NCBI GenBank assembly: GCA_030295235.1
Contig: AP026143.1
Span: forward strand, 744,001 to 808,000
DNA length: 64,000 bases
Source: Fistulifera solaris
Taxonomy: Eukaryota
Reading direction: 5' to 3'
This document shows, in pieces, positions 1 to 14,858 of the stretch (position 1 is the stretch's first letter; each line of letters starts with the position of its first letter). Both the position numbers and the translations under genes were made by a program. Below the pieces are notes generated by a model, which was not told the origin of the DNA, did no database searches, and saw only the letters and a program-made list of their open reading frames with translations.

Positions 1-3000
1 TGATCTTGTAAATTTGCTTCATGGTCTCCTCATGGTAAAACTTCCGAATATTGCTGAGCATTTGCGATGGACTTTCAAAAAGGTGATAACTGGTTTTTTC
101 TTGCAATCGAATGGGGGCGTCAGAAACATTTGGAAAAAGCGACGCTAGTAGTTTCGGTAAATTTTGGAGGCCTTTGTCTACGCGAAAAGGTGAGATAAAG
201 CGGGAGCGTGGAAAAGACAAATTCTCCCTTACCTTGCTCAAATCTGTCTTCGCTGGATGTTTTGTGACTCCACTTCAGGAGCATATCGGATTTACCATGG
301 TGGGCATTCTGATGAAATGCATCCTCGAAGTGTTTGTACAAGAATTCAGCAGGTCTTCGCGTTAGCTCCCACGTGTTACGTCTTCCTTTCACGTACGACA
401 AATTGAACTTTATAGCACTTAACGAGAACACTTGGACGTATACTCTTTGCGATTCTTGAGACATATTAAACCCATTTCTCAACAACCAAAGAAGAGGAGG
501 CTCGTTGATTTGATTACCGAAGGTGTCGCCAACATTCTCAACAATAGTTTCGAATGTATTTTTCGCTTGCAATGCATTGCGCAACTTCAGAGAGTAAAAT
601 AAAATAAACAAATCGCAAACAAGCTGTTCTTCGATAGTCACATCGAATTCTGCTATAGACACGTCAATAAGTTCGAACGAAACGACTTCGACAGAGCGCA
701 AATTGTCTTTCACCGCGAAAATCTGCGCTACCGGTCGGAAAAAAATCATTAGGTGTCGGTGCCAAGGCGATCGCTTCTCGTGCGTTGGCTGCCTGGTTAT
801 CGATCTGCGCCCAGAACGCAGACAAACACAGGCGGCTTTTTGCAGCAGTGATCCAATATCTTGCATCGATATCCATGATGCTGAATGATAGTAATTCCAG
901 GGACCTCTCAGAGTCAATAAGGGCAACTGATAGGCGTGGTATGTCAACTTTCATAAAGAAACTGACCGGCGATGCGCCAGTACACATGATCCTTTGTTTT
1001 GGCGTTAAGTACTTTGCACCATTTTCGTCTTCTGTCCAACAAAAGGCTAACTGAATACGTGGCCTGTAAATATCTCCGAATTTAGTCTCATCGGCCTGCT
1101 CAACTTCGGGGGGTTGTGGAATTATACCACCTCTTCCTTCGACAGGTGTGGCTTCTTCTGGGCTTAAAAGAGGAAACCAACGTTCATACACCGGCGAACC
1201 ATTTGCGCTTTCCTCTACGCAGGCTGCCACTAACTTAGCAACCGATAAGAAGACGACACCAAGTTCGGCTTTCCCCTGCAATTGTTGTTGTCTTCTTTCT
1301 CCCATAACGCTGAGTCGGATCCACCCATTATTTTCTTGAGGGTCCACGCGAATTCGGACATCGTTAACATTGTTCCTCGCTGGATTCTCGGACGTCTTTC
1401 TCGTAAAAGACTGCTCAGAGTCAAAATCGTTGAAAGGATTAAACCACACAGGGGCAACTCGTGCGTCAACTGTGTTGGTATAAGAAATTTCTTGTCCCCA
1501 GCACACTTTGACAAGCATGCCAGCGTATAACGCACTAGTTAAGTTGGATGCCTGGATCGGTCGAATCGTTAAGAAACCTCCTTCATTCAGAATTGTGGAA
1601 TACGTTCTTCTGGTAGCAATCTCAAAGCTCTCCCTTGATTTCCGAAACCCCGCGGCTCGTTTTTCAAGATTATACATGAGCTGAGTTGGTAAGCAGTGAC
1701 GCGGACTCAGACTCTTTGAGACAGGGTCGATAGCAGCTATCGCACTTGTCGCTGGTAAAGTAGAAGGATTGAGACGCACGCTGAGGTTCGAACCATCGAA
1801 AGTAAAAGTAAGACCATCATCATTGAAAGATGTTGTGCCATGGTCCAAGATCTTATTGAAGACAGCTTTATTTTCGTTCCTTCCAGATTGCCGCGACATA
1901 AAGTATCTCGATCTGTTCTGCTTTTGCTGTGTTGCGCTTTGAATTCCTGTCGTTGGTCTTTAATTCTATTTTCAACATCGTGTGTCAAGAGTGGCATTGT
2001 AGATGACCCGACGCGAATGGAATGAAAGTCTGGACTCGATAGGTGTTCCAGCTTGATGCCCCGCTTTTTCGAAGATTCTTTCAGGTGGTCTGGGGCCAGG
2101 TCGGTGTCTAAGCTCGATCGCAAGGGTTTCATCAGAGTTTTTATCACCTCTCTGCTACGCTGTGCAATGAGGCCATTTGCGCCAATTAAACTTGGTTTCG
2201 GCATTGATAAAGGGTTTCTGAAGTCGTTTCCAATGGTCGCTTCCTTTTCTTCAATAATTTGCTTAAATTGTTCTGACAGTCCCTGTTTCCGCGTTTGAAA
2301 TTCGTATAGTCTTTTTTCGGACAGCAATGTATAATACTGGAGAAGGCCGGGGATCGAGTAAATCCATTGCGCGCGCAAACGAATAGACTGTGATAGATGG
2401 CTCTCTATCTCCCTTCGGCCAGTTCTTCCGGCCAATGGGAACCATCCAACCAAAGGTTCTTGGTTACGGAGACAATGCAACTCTATTTGCGCCTTCCCGA
2501 GTATATTGTGACGCCCAAATCTTCGGTAATTTCTGACCACAATATTCAGCGTATGCTCCCTTGGACTATCAACTGCCTCCTGTGGAACATCGAAAACGAA
2601 CGTTTGGCCATCCCATGTGGGTGATAACGACTTTCGAACATAGTACGTGCGTTTCAAATCAGACTTTTTCATTAGAGGACGCCGAAGAGACCTGCTATGT
2701 TTCATTCTGATCTCGACATATGGGTTACAGTCCCCGACAAAAGAGTCAGAACACAACCCGCTTGATTCTAGAATCTCCACCAGGACTTGATGCCTTCGAG
2801 TAACGGTGAACAATTCGGATGTATTTGACATCAACTTATTCGAGTCTTCAGCGATGGCATTGATTGATGAGCCCTGATCATTTATTTCTTCGCAACACGT
2901 ACTCCTGGAGAGAAAACTCTCGTTCAACGTGACAAGAGAGAGGGTTCGCTTGGACTCTTCTTCTATTGCTTCCTCCAGCAACATCATGCATTCTTTCCGC

Positions 3001-6000
3001 AGCGACTGGGGGTCGCCTTCTTGGAAATGGTCGCGAGCTACAAGCACTCGCGTTATTCCTTTGACGTCAACTTCAAACTCAGTTGCCCTTGGCGACCTTA
3101 GGCGTTTGTCGTGCCAATGAAGTACATCTCGCGAGCCTATTTCTTCGAGTTGCACGCTGATCGTTTGAGAGAAATAAGCATCCTCTTCAGTTTTTATTGC
3201 CTTCTTGTTTACCATGTTTCTCTGTTCGTAGCTCTTGCCTTTTTCGTGGTCTTTATCATTAAATCGATATGATAATGCTGGTGCGACTCGAACACTTAAT
3301 CGCTTAGGCTTTAGCGGCTCTTGCCACGCGTAGCTACAACTCTCCCCAGGTTTTAAGGAATACCAAGAATGAGATGTACAGCTTTTCTGACGAAAGTAAA
3401 TTGTCGTTGTAAAAGTCTGATTGCGAATAGAAAAAGGGGGGTTGTCTTCAGGACGGAGAACTACGAACATCATATGATGGATGTTTTTCAATTCCACACG
3501 AGCGTAGTTGATTGGGCTAGTAAGAACTGATTCAGCACCTTCATTTCTTGTGGAATCGACGGGAGACGGAAGCGATGCAGTACTTGCATGGGTTATGACG
3601 CTGGTCTTCGCAGCTTTCATACGAACGCGCCTCACACTCTCTTCCATCGTCCGGAAAACCAATTCAAGAGGGCGACCAGTGGAGCGCATGCTTTGGGATT
3701 CTCGAGCAGCCATCGTCCCACCAAGTCGCAACGATGCCCGCCGTCTGACAGCGCGTCCTATATCCTGGCTTCTTAACTCATTGAGCCGCATTCTCAAAAT
3801 TTCCATTGTTTCTGCGAAAGTTTGCCGCGTCACTGGGATTCCATCAATTTTTAACAGCTCGTCGCCTACATGAATATCGGTTTCGTAAAAAAGCAAACGA
3901 CGGTTTTTTGACGCCCTTCACTATCAATTTTCTGTTGTTTCCCCATTCTGACTCAAACCATATACCAAGTTCGCCAGTAAAGCCTTGGACATTAGGCGCA
4001 ATAATAACCTCGTATTCAGGCGATGCTCTCGTCGTGATATGACGGGTCGTTTTGAGATCGACATATCGCTTGATTGGTAAAACACTCTCTCCCTCTACGT
4101 CCACAGAGACACTTGCGGTCAATCTGTAAGATCCTCCAAAATCGAAACGAATAACTCTGTCTCCGCGTGTGTCGGGTAGCACAAATGGTGCCAGATCAGA
4201 AGTGTCTAGTGTAGTAATGTAGGTCGCCGACTGGCTGGCGGTTGTCACAAGGGGCATTTTACCCCCTAAATCGTTGTCTAGTGCGGCTTCTTTCCCCCAT
4301 AGATTTTCATATGTATTGCTTTTCTCGGAGAAGCGCTGTTTCAACCTCCATTTCGTTTCGCCTTGTGTAACCCCACTTAGCGAAGATAGCGGATGAAAGG
4401 TCGAATTATCCTGCCAAAGCCTAACCGGACACCCAAGCATGTTCACGAAAACATAACGGGGGAGAATGCGGACAATTCTGGTATAACCTGACCATATGCC
4501 TGGTGCTACGTGTACAACAACTGTGACATCTAGAAATCGTCCGTCCTTGCAATGCATACTTCGTGTGTGTGTGAGTGAGTGAAGTTTGAGCCAATGTATG
4601 TTCACAGGGACGAAACTTACTGAGCGACTTGAGCGATCCCAACCGACTCTAAAGTCAAACCTTTCGACCAGTCCGACTGATAGCTCACCGAGCCTGTTCC
4701 GTCTTTGAGCTGGATACATAACCGTTGAGCCGCAATGCCAAGTCCTTCAGGAAAGTTAAACATGAACGCCAACTCCCACAATTTGGTTATAGTTAGATCG
4801 GCGTCGAGTAGCCTAGCTATTTCGTTCTTCCGAAGACGGCTTTCTTCGGATATCGATGCCAAAGCCCCAGGAGTACCGGAAAAACAGATCTCTTTTCTTT
4901 GTTATCGTTCATGATAGCAGCACTCCGGGTATCCCTTCCGCTTCTTCCGCGCCCAATATTCGACATTGACTTGGAACCGTCGCGGTCCGGGCTGTGGACG
5001 GTGCCGCTTACATAAAGTTTACTGTTTTCCTGCTTGTAACGAAGTGGTAGCTCAGTAGTATTGACGACCCAAAAGGACAGTACACCGAAATTCGTCGCTG
5101 CCCGCCTCCTCCGCGAATGTTTTCAATCTGCAATCTAAGCTTTTGGCCTAAACTGTCAACAACAGTAACTACATCGGCGACATCTTGAGGAGAGTAAGAA
5201 GAAGAATCTACGCGATATGTCTTTCCATCAGCAGCTACCCCAGGCGATCATTGACAAAAAAGTAAGAAGCTTCCTTTACTGAGGGTTCAAAACACGAAAA
5301 TCTTACCTCCTTGGCTATCGTTGGTGTTGCCGATGCGGACTTGTTTCTGTTGCGGCGATTTTCGTTGTAGTAAATGAGGATTTTGAGCTCTGGAAATCTT
5401 GTTTTGAGCTCGTTTGTCGGGGCTGTCTCCAATCGCAGTCAAGGTTTTGCCAATTTGTTTTGTAACAGCTTTGCCTGCTTTCCCGATCGACTTCAGTCCG
5501 ATCAAATTCTCTGCAAATGAAATTGTGAGTTAAGCGCCACAGCTGATCACGTAATATCGTAAGACCTGTGTGCCTATTTGCGAAACATCCGATAAACATA
5601 CCTCGCAGTCTAGCATTATGATCTGCACCATGATGAACAAGCGCACCTTCCCCAACCGGAGTCCTGCAAAACCCTAAATTGATGTAAAGCACCAAAGGGG
5701 AATCAAGACCCAATGAGTGCACGGCGACTTCCTCTCCGGGTTCAACATCCTTAACCCAGAGAACCTTTTTATGGACAGCGTGCACCAACTCAAATCTCCC
5801 CTTTTTCGGCAGAAGATTAATGACGACGAAGGGCGGATGAATTGATAAACTATATAAGACAGGTCCGTGTACACAGCCCTTGCGATCCTTGTCCGCAGTC
5901 GCGGCTATTCCAACTAAGGGACTTCGCCCAACTTCAACAGCGTAACAGAACGGCGCCATTCGGTCACCACGTTGAACGAGGGGACACGCTAGGTGGACGG

Positions 6001-9000
6001 CTGTTTTCGCATCATCTGGTGAAATTTCATTTCTACGAGATTGTTCGAATAGAGTGGCCGATTCTTCCACTAACTTTGATAAATGCACAGCACGCGAGCT
6101 GAAATGAACTTCAAAGTTGTTGACCAAATCATCACTTGATTCGGCCTCGACGAATGAGCGGCCAACATCGCTCGGAACATTATCCGGTTTGATCCACAGA
6201 GACCCCGTACTGCCGGTGAATTTGCTATCTCGGTTCAAAGCATCAAGTAAAATAAGAGTAGGAACGCTAAAAGAGTCACCCGGATGGATTAGCTGACTTT
6301 CATTCACGATGTTCTCGCCGGCAATTTCTTCCAAATGGGGTGAAGCATTTGGATTCGGATGACAGATTACTCTGACAGAATGCGATGTCTTGTTCACCAC
6401 CTCAAATAGCGATCGAATAACCACTTGTCGCCCTCCTTTCTCAAAGCCTATCTCGATAAGCACCTGCATTAGATTATGTAGCCTCCAATCCTCGCGAAGA
6501 CGTCGTTGTAAGGCCACCTCTTTGGGTTCAATAGCAGCGAAACTCCTTCCAAACGTGTCAACCCTGAGACCGCGGATCCAGGAACAGCCAGGTAACTGGA
6601 TGTCAACAAGATGCGGAATCACTTCTTCGCTAAATTCGGTAAAGCCAGGGAATTTCACTTCTTTTATGACCAGATTTTGGACAGACGACACAGAAGCTTC
6701 AAAAGAGAGCTTAGCAACACTGCTGTGATCGAGGTACGTCAAGATCGGGGAAGGCCCAGTATCATCGTGTAACGACTCGTATCGATAGAAACGGATCCGC
6801 TGTCCTGTCATATTTTTCAATGAAAAGGCGACCCTATCGGGAACATCGCTATCCTTGATTCTCCTATGGGTCACGGGAAGACCTTCAACGACATCGCTAA
6901 GCATGGGGCAAGTTTCGATTGTCTCTTTTCTCATACTCGCTGTCGTATCCATATCCGGTGGCCGTGTAACTCCGAAAACATTTCGAAGTTGCTGTTTGCA
7001 TAGCTCAAAAACTTGACTCACAATCACCAAAAAAGCACTCGAAATGTTAGCGTGCAAGGGACTGTCAAAGGACAATGTTAGTCCGCCGCCTCGCAACCTA
7101 GACTCTTTCCACAACAAACAAAACTTGAAAGCTTCTAAAAGAGGTTCCCAACTCCTTGTTGAGCCCAACTTGAAATAATCCGCCCAAAGGTGTCCATCAA
7201 CGATGACTTGTAATCCATTCAGAGCGTTCCTATCTTCTGGTGATCGGTCGTGTGCGTCGAATGGAGACATTGTCGCTTTCATCGATGATAACGACAGCAC
7301 TAAAATAGGGAGGTGGATCCCTAGTACGGGATCAAGCACAAAAAATCGAATATCACTCATCCGAGCTACCAAGGAGAACGTCGATCCACTCGTTTCAGGT
7401 GCCTCTCCTGTGGCTGTCGCCTCCTTAGCACTAAATAGTCCCAAAACCGTGGAAGCAACTGAAGGCAGCACGTCAAGCACGCACGTCAACTCACAAACTT
7501 TGGGCCCCAAGTGTCGAGACGGCTGATGTGCTGGCTGGCACACGAAAGAATCTGTAATTATTGTCGGCGCGACAGCTAGTCGGGGATACACCACACTGCA
7601 AGCCTTTGGATCAATCATAGGCATCTGTATTGAATAGTCTGTGTGGTTCGATTCTATATTGTGATCAACCAGCACCCCAAAAGTCAAATTCTCTATCAAC
7701 TTTTGTTCCAAATTGATACCTTCTTGAAACTTTACTGAAACTCCCCCCGACACAACCTCTTGGCTTGAGAATTCCACTGTCGACGTATGATGAAACCACA
7801 ACCCACCATCGCCTTGAACAATCAAACTGCCTGAAAGGGTACATGGGATTGAAATAATTGGCGACGTCATCCATAACCGAAAGTCCGTTCCTTTGCAGAC
7901 ATCGGACACGTGCGGCGGCAAGTTTACCGGCGTTTCAGATGATCCCCACAAAGACTTTTTTAATTCCTCAACTACACTAGCAGCCTCAAATGAAGGATTT
8001 CCATGTTTCTCATTGGTTCCGAAAGCAGTTGCAAATTCCAATAGTCGCTGGATAGGCCCAAAGTCTGAGAGAACTAGTCTTGAGGAATCGATGCCTACAT
8101 TGATAATGGACCAAGCAGGCGTAAGAAAAACGGTTGCTTGGAAAGGTTGTGCCAGCTTGGTAGAAAGAGATCGATAGTCTTCCTTTAACCCAAACAGCAT
8201 GTCTGCCCAGGGTTTGTGGTTTTTATCACCAGCAACCACAAGAAAGTCAGGATAACTGCAATTCTCGTCATTTAGCATCAGGACTTTACTAGCAAAACCA
8301 CATCTCGCAACACCCGCCTCGTCCATCGTGAATTGTAGGGCCGAATCTTCGATGTACAAAAGAGAGCCCGGGGATTCCCCAACGAGCCTGCCCTCATTGT
8401 CATGACAGTCAAAAGACATTCGAAGAGAAAGCTCATCGTACACGAGACATAACTCGCTTTTTAGTCGAACCGAATTCATCAAAAGATTCTTCCATTCCTC
8501 AGTTCCAAATTCAGGGAAATGACGGGCTTTGATTGGTAGCTCAGCGAAAGCCTTGACATCAAGCGGTGGATACGGAAACATGCACGGAAGTTCCTGCATA
8601 TTGCTGTACCAAATTGACAAAAGCAAATTGAATTGCGAATTGCGCATTTCAAGCGAAACATGTCCAGCTTCGTGGCCAGGGTTAGTCAGCAGCATACGAA
8701 GGTGCGGGGCCCGGTCAATGACAACATCGACAGCAATCGGTTTTACAGAAATCTCACGCCACAATCGAGAGCTGCAATCATCAGCTTCTTCCTGACCTAC
8801 AATATTTTTGTTTAAGACACGTACAAAGACCTTTTTGTCGGGCGAAGCGCGCCCTCCTTTTTCGTACATGTAGTGAAAAACGGGTTGACCAGTAGAGTCG
8901 CTGCTGACTTCCGAAAGAGAAGAGAAGATTCGGGCCCCCGAACTTCGATTTTTGTTCTTGTGACTCCACACTCATCTTCATTCTTTCCGACGGAGTTCAA

Positions 9001-12000
9001 GTGTACTTCAGACAGTCCGTCGGGCATACAAAAGGATGAGCCGACGTTAGAAACACAGATATTGATTTTCTCGATTTCGATCGCTATCATGTCAGCGCTT
9101 ATACTTGACCTGGGTAGGAGAAATGACGATTCTTCGAAATCCACACGGATTGAGAGCGACGACGACTCAGACGAAACCATAGAATCGATATACTCCCTAT
9201 CGCCTTGGAAAATAGAAAGCGCACCGTACACGGGAGAGAGCAAAAGTTGACGAAATTCTTCAAAAAATTTCTGCAAGAAGACAATCTGTGTGCAGGAAAT
9301 CGTCACATGGGTATGGCTACCCGATGTTTCTAAGGAAAAAGGCAGATTACGCTTTCTTTCGAATATACCATCTCCAGTCAAAGTAGAGACGATTACCGGG
9401 TGAACTTCACTGTCAGGTGAAAGATTTGAGATATGTAAGCCCTCCGATCGCAGACTAAAATTTTCACTGCCGCTCAAATGAAGCCGAGATAAGAGTAGGC
9501 GCGAAAACGGTAACATGTCATCAGTGGCGAGTAGCAGCGAAGCCGACATTACCGCCATACAAAAATAACAGTCTCGCCTCTTCGAAGAGCCATTATCCCA
9601 CGAAAAGCCGTCAACGCGCAACGTCAATCCTGTAATTAGATGGTATAATTCCTGCACCATCTTCTTGGTATAAAGCAGCTCTACTTCTCCTAGTCGGCAA
9701 CAAATCAATATTTCTTGTGTTCCACTTCCTTGGGTTTCATCATTATCAGATTTCAGCACAGATAAGGGCGACCCACCTCGACCAAACGGGTTTTCCTTGT
9801 CAACAATAAAATTCGTAAACACCAACCCAGCCCTGCCGCTAGCAGACAACGGCAACGACTGATAATTTTCTTCGTCATGATTGAGCAAAGTGGCCCTTGG
9901 TGATAAGCGCACAAGATGTACGCCTTCCCCGTTGGAACAGAATAAACTGGGAACAACAACTTGGACGTAGGAGTCATAAAATAACTGAATCGTCGTGATT
10001 TTGAATCCATCTGCCAAATCAAACACATATATCTGTGGTGCGCGACATCCCATCTCGCCGACAAAGTTCAACATATCAAAATCACTAAATGTCGAATTTG
10101 TGGCGTGAAGGACAGCCGATTGATACGGACTATTCGATGAATCATCATCTAGGTCTTCATTGATTTTTGTCGTTTCTTCCAAAAAGTGTTTCAGTGCTGC
10201 ATTTACAGCATGCCATGCCGTCTCAACTGGCAGTCCAGTCCCTGTCAGGCACTCCACACAGATCTGCATGGCACTACTCAGGACTTCTTCGTGAGGATAA
10301 ATCAGGTCGAAAAAAGAAATCGTTTCCAGAAATCGTTCAAGGTATCGCCGCCTAGCCGCGTCGGGACTCACGATGGTAGTTTCAGATTTCTCACCACAGA
10401 AGATAAGCTGGCACCGTTGCACCGATACCTCAGCGGCAACCTGAACAAACCGGCTCAATACTTCCAAGCGAGGAGGCATGTTTCTTGTCAGTTTCGGTGG
10501 CAGCGTCCTTGGCAGACTGGAAAGAAGAAGGATATGTCTCTCATTCGATAGAAGAAAAGAGACGGGCGATATCTTCAGCAACACTTTAACTTTCGCTCGG
10601 TTGCCATCGAAGCAGCTACTCGCGTTAAATGTGATTAAAGCCTCTGAATCAACAGGAAGCTCCAAAATTTTCAAAACTTTTTCTCCTTGTCGGGATACCG
10701 TGAAATCAGCGCCACTCAAAGCGAATACCCATCTCTGAGACCATGGAGAAGAAGACGCGGCTAAATCTCCGTCGTCTAGCATCCTTAAAGCCCGGGTATG
10801 TAATCGAGTTGATGGTACACTACTATCGACTTCCCCTAGCACTAGCCCTGCTTGTCGAATGTCATCTATGCAGTCCTTTGGGATGGAGTTCCCACTGTAC
10901 GACTCAATCATATCCAAACGCAAAATGCAGTGGCCTAACATGACTTCAGTACCATAGATGCGAATTGAAGTGTGCACCCGACTCCAAACAAAATGCGAGC
11001 TTTCCTTCAGTATATACGACCGAACCTCTTCACGGGCGGACGCTTTGAGTACTGGAGGAGGGAAAGCATTCTTGCCGTTCGCAAAAAAATCTGTCAGTTG
11101 TTGAAGACTTTCAAAACGCACCCAGAGACGAATGGTGGCGGCATCCACCTGTAGCGTGGGAGCTACTCCGTTACGGGGCAGCTCCACCGAAGCAAGCAAT
11201 GCGTGCTGTTGCAACTGACCCGTTACTGATTCGGTACCGATTGAAAACAATTCACTGTCCTGAGAACCGAAAGCAACGATACGTGCAATGGAAAACATAA
11301 TTTTGCCGGTGTCTCCAGATGCTACAGACAGTTCAGCGCTTTGAAAGCGCACGTGTAAGAGCACTTTCTCCGGAGCTCCAAAGATGACATAGTCCGAAGC
11401 GTCAAGAGGGTCCACCTCCTTACAAGAGGGCTGAGAAACATTGTCCCATGGCTCATCTTCCGTCAAAACGGACAATTCTGAAGTGAACTTTGACCCAACA
11501 GAACCATTCGAGAAGCCGTTGCTATACGATCGAGGACCTTCTAAACCAGCGAATAGTTCTTCTTCAATTACTGTCATTTCTATGCAGTCGACTTGTGCGC
11601 TAAATGAAAGGGAAAGCGGCAGGCCCTTTTCCGCCGCCATATTGCTGGTTTCAAGTATTCCACCGGTTGCAGATGTTTGTGCAGAAATAAAACTCATTTC
11701 TTCACCAGTTACACCCTTTTCTTCCAACAACGCCGAAAGCATTCCATTTTCTCGATATTCGAACAAAAAGTCATTGAATTCGTTTCGTAAACGTATTAAT
11801 TCGCACTGCTCTTCAAGTCTTCCAAGTGGACCGGAGGTGTAGCGAACAGAACGATGATCGTCAGCAGAAGATGTCGACATATTAGAGGCAGTCGACGGAC
11901 GGTTGTTAGTCGACGTCTCATTGTCTTTCGGTCCAAGATCCATCAATGATGACGGCATTTTAGTTCCACCTCGCACATGTATCTTACGCGCAATATGACG

Positions 12001-13715
12001 ATAGAGCAAAATTTGCTCGATACTCAATTCGTCCTCAATACGTAGCAATTCTTCTTCGTCACGAGCAAGTAGATGTTGCTTCAGCCGGCAGTCGATGTAC
12101 AACCGAACGTAATCCGATCTTTTGTATTTCTGCCTGTCCCACATAAAGCTCAAAAACGATCTTGAAACTTTTCACGCAAATGGCGTCGTTTCCGAACTTC
12201 TCTCAAAACGGCGGTAACGACATAGATCCACCAGGATCGTACGACAAAACTTGTATCCTCGGCGACAATCGACTCATCTTCTTCTTCTTGTTGCTCTTTA
12301 CGTAAAATTGCACCTCGAATTGTTTCATTGGGCCGACCATTTCGTCTTCGATTTGTGTCCATCATCAATTTTCTGAATAAGTGGTAATGCCGAGTCGTGG
12401 ACTTGAGCTGAACCAAGCCAATTTTCAAATGACCTTCCAGCCGAGCATGCTCGCGAGTAGCGCCGCTTGTCGAGTTCGCTTTCATCTCTTTCGGCTGTGC
12501 TAAGGGAAGCGTGATAGTAACTTGCCGAGACACAGTTTGTGGTTTGCTCCAGGTTGTCGAACTGCGACGATACGACTGCGGCTTAGTGTCGGAAAGGAGG
12601 GACTGCTGCTGAAAGGAGAACTGTTCTGTTGTGAGCGCGGCCGTCGAGGTCGACTCAGGTTCTGTTATCTTTTCACGCTTTGCCCTTCTCTTTTTGGGAC
12701 TGGAAGAATTCGAAGATTCTTCTTGTAACGAGTTTTCGGGGAGGTGAAAAGGTGCGTCAGCGTCATCATTTCTGGTAAATTCCCGTCTTTGCCGCTTCCC
12801 TGGTGGATAGGGATAGAATACACTGAACGAGAAATCGAGATCTAAAGGACACAATACATATTCTTGCGCCAAAACGACTCCTCGCGGATCACTCTCGTCA
12901 CGCGGCGCTTCTCTTCGAATGAAGAGTCCGCACCGAGATACTTTGACGTGTTTATTAACGTGTTCGCCTTGACCGGAGTCGTAAGCCTGAGCTCGATCCA
13001 AAGGTTGTGACTTTCCAGATTGTGCTACTGCTTCTGTTCCGTCTACTTTGAAAGAATGGACGGATACCCCGACCTCAGCACCATCCTGAACGAGAACAAC
13101 TTTTAAATTGGTCATTTCCATTTGTAAGCCAGCGAAAAACCTCCAAAAGAAATCATTTATAGCACTCGTAAGGCGTTTCGAAATCCAGGTCTTTTGTTGA
13201 AGCATCACGGGCTCCTCCGCTTGACATTTTGCGCTTTCTTCCTCATCTCGTTTCTTGACCGAGCGCAGCCAGGGACCCAGTGGTCGTCCCTGCAAGGCGC
13301 GACGTTCGGCTTCCAGTAATCGCTTTTGTTTCTTGTCGCGACTTATACTATCCGTAGGATACTGATTTGAGGGATCGGGAGTGTCTTGTTGGTAAACTAA
13401 ATCATCTTGCGGTTTGACTTGAAGTACTAAAACAACATCTTGTAATTTGACGCGAACGTCGCTTTGTCCCCAAACTAATTGCTTCCACGGTATTTGTAAA
13501 TCCAGCAATCCTATCGTTCCCGATACGAGCTGAAAGCTAATTGAAGAAGCAGGCAGCGTTAAGAATTGATCGACAGCACTGGCTTTCAAATGTACATCTT
13601 TCAAAGTGAGATGTCCCGACCAAATGCCTACTTGCAGTTGATGTGCATCAAAGTCAAGATACTTCGACAGCAACTCCGCTACTTTTTGACTCGGATTATA
13701 CAGATAAGACGCCAT
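1..13715 (-). CDS. VPS13: VPS13-family bridge-like lipid transfer protein with PDZ and two C2 domains; 3' end lies beyond the window
   Basis: Chorein-N start (LSKYLDFDAHQLQVGIWSGHLTLKDV), WEPLLE motif, VAB-like repeats (PPFVVINLLP, PRYVFVNMLG, PFSIRNQT), QIDNQ and a C-terminal-type segment SLFPNVSDAPIRL...MKQIYKI at the window edge. The ORFs join via introns (about 5600-5512, 5307-5235, 4620-4560) and 1-nt homopolymer indels. Confidence 0.9.
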
Positions 13716-14334
13716 ACTCTTGTTGTAGTCTGTTCGCTTAGCATATAAGTATGATAATTATGAAAAGGAAAGATAGGATAGAAAGTTAGACTGACTTTTG
13801 CATAGCATGAATGATGCGGAACGAAATGAAGAGACGCGGCGGTTCGCACCGTCGACTTTGCCCCTCGCATCTCGCATCTTTTCCAAAACGACTTCGCGCG
13901 CGCCGACCAATTATTAAGGTGGTGCGACATTTAATTTTTGATGCAATGCTGGGATGCTGAAATTGAAAGGATCTTTATTGATGTGCATCACACCTTTAAC
14001 TAGTCACGCAACGAATAAAAAATACATTACAATAGACTATTTACACGAAGAAGAGTCACATTATTTATTAGGCTGAGATCCATGGGTCGGGATCAGCGTC
14101 CCTATGATGTATCCTAGCATTCGGGATTGGACAGTCCTGGTAAAGGACGGCTACACTTTGAAGCTATACAGTGGTCTACTAAAGCCATCGATCGATCCGG
14201 ATGTTTATTCCAAGGTTTATTCGACATAGTAAATCGAGGCATGCGTTGCAATTGCTGTTAAACAACTGCATTGCTACGAAGACGACTTAGTTTAACCAGC
14301 TTGCGTTAATTTACAGTTTAGGCAGCACTGTGCA

Positions 14335-14858
14335 ATGTGGCTTGGATCATAGTTTATTCACAACAAAAAATGCAGTCGTGGTTACCGTAAATTCACACTT
14401 TAGTCTATAGTAAAAAACTGAAGAGAACGACCGCCAAGGCTTTTCGATAAAAGTTTGATGCGTGCAAAGCAAATACCACTGAATATGATTGAAATTTGTA
14501 GTATTTTAATATATATTTTTTAGCTCGACATTTAGCATTAGGACCAAGTTTATGTGGCAATGTGGCTCGGATGATTGTGGATTCATGACTGAAATGCAGT
14601 CGTGGTTACCGTAAATTCACACTTTAGTCTATAGTAAAAAACTGAAGAGAACGACCGCCAAGGCTTTTCGATAAAAGATTGATGCGAGCAAAGCAAATAC
14701 TACTGAATATGATTGAATTTGTAGTATTTCAATATATATTTAGCTCGAGATTTAGCATTAGGACCAAGTTTATGTGGCAATGTGGCTCGGATGATTGTGG
14801 ATTCATGACTGAAATGCAGTCGTGGTTACCGTAAATTAACACTTTAGTTTATAGTAAA
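14335..14858. repeat. ~220-bp AT-rich tandem repeat, about 2.3 copies
   Basis: TGCAGTCGTGGTTACCGTAAATT recurs at 14371, 14595 and 14815 (periods 224 and 220). Confidence 0.9.

Noticed and set aside
1..13715. VPS13 region as several separate genes or a pseudogene
   Set aside because: Domain order is collinear, and the breaks I could resolve are GT-AG introns or one-base homopolymer indels.
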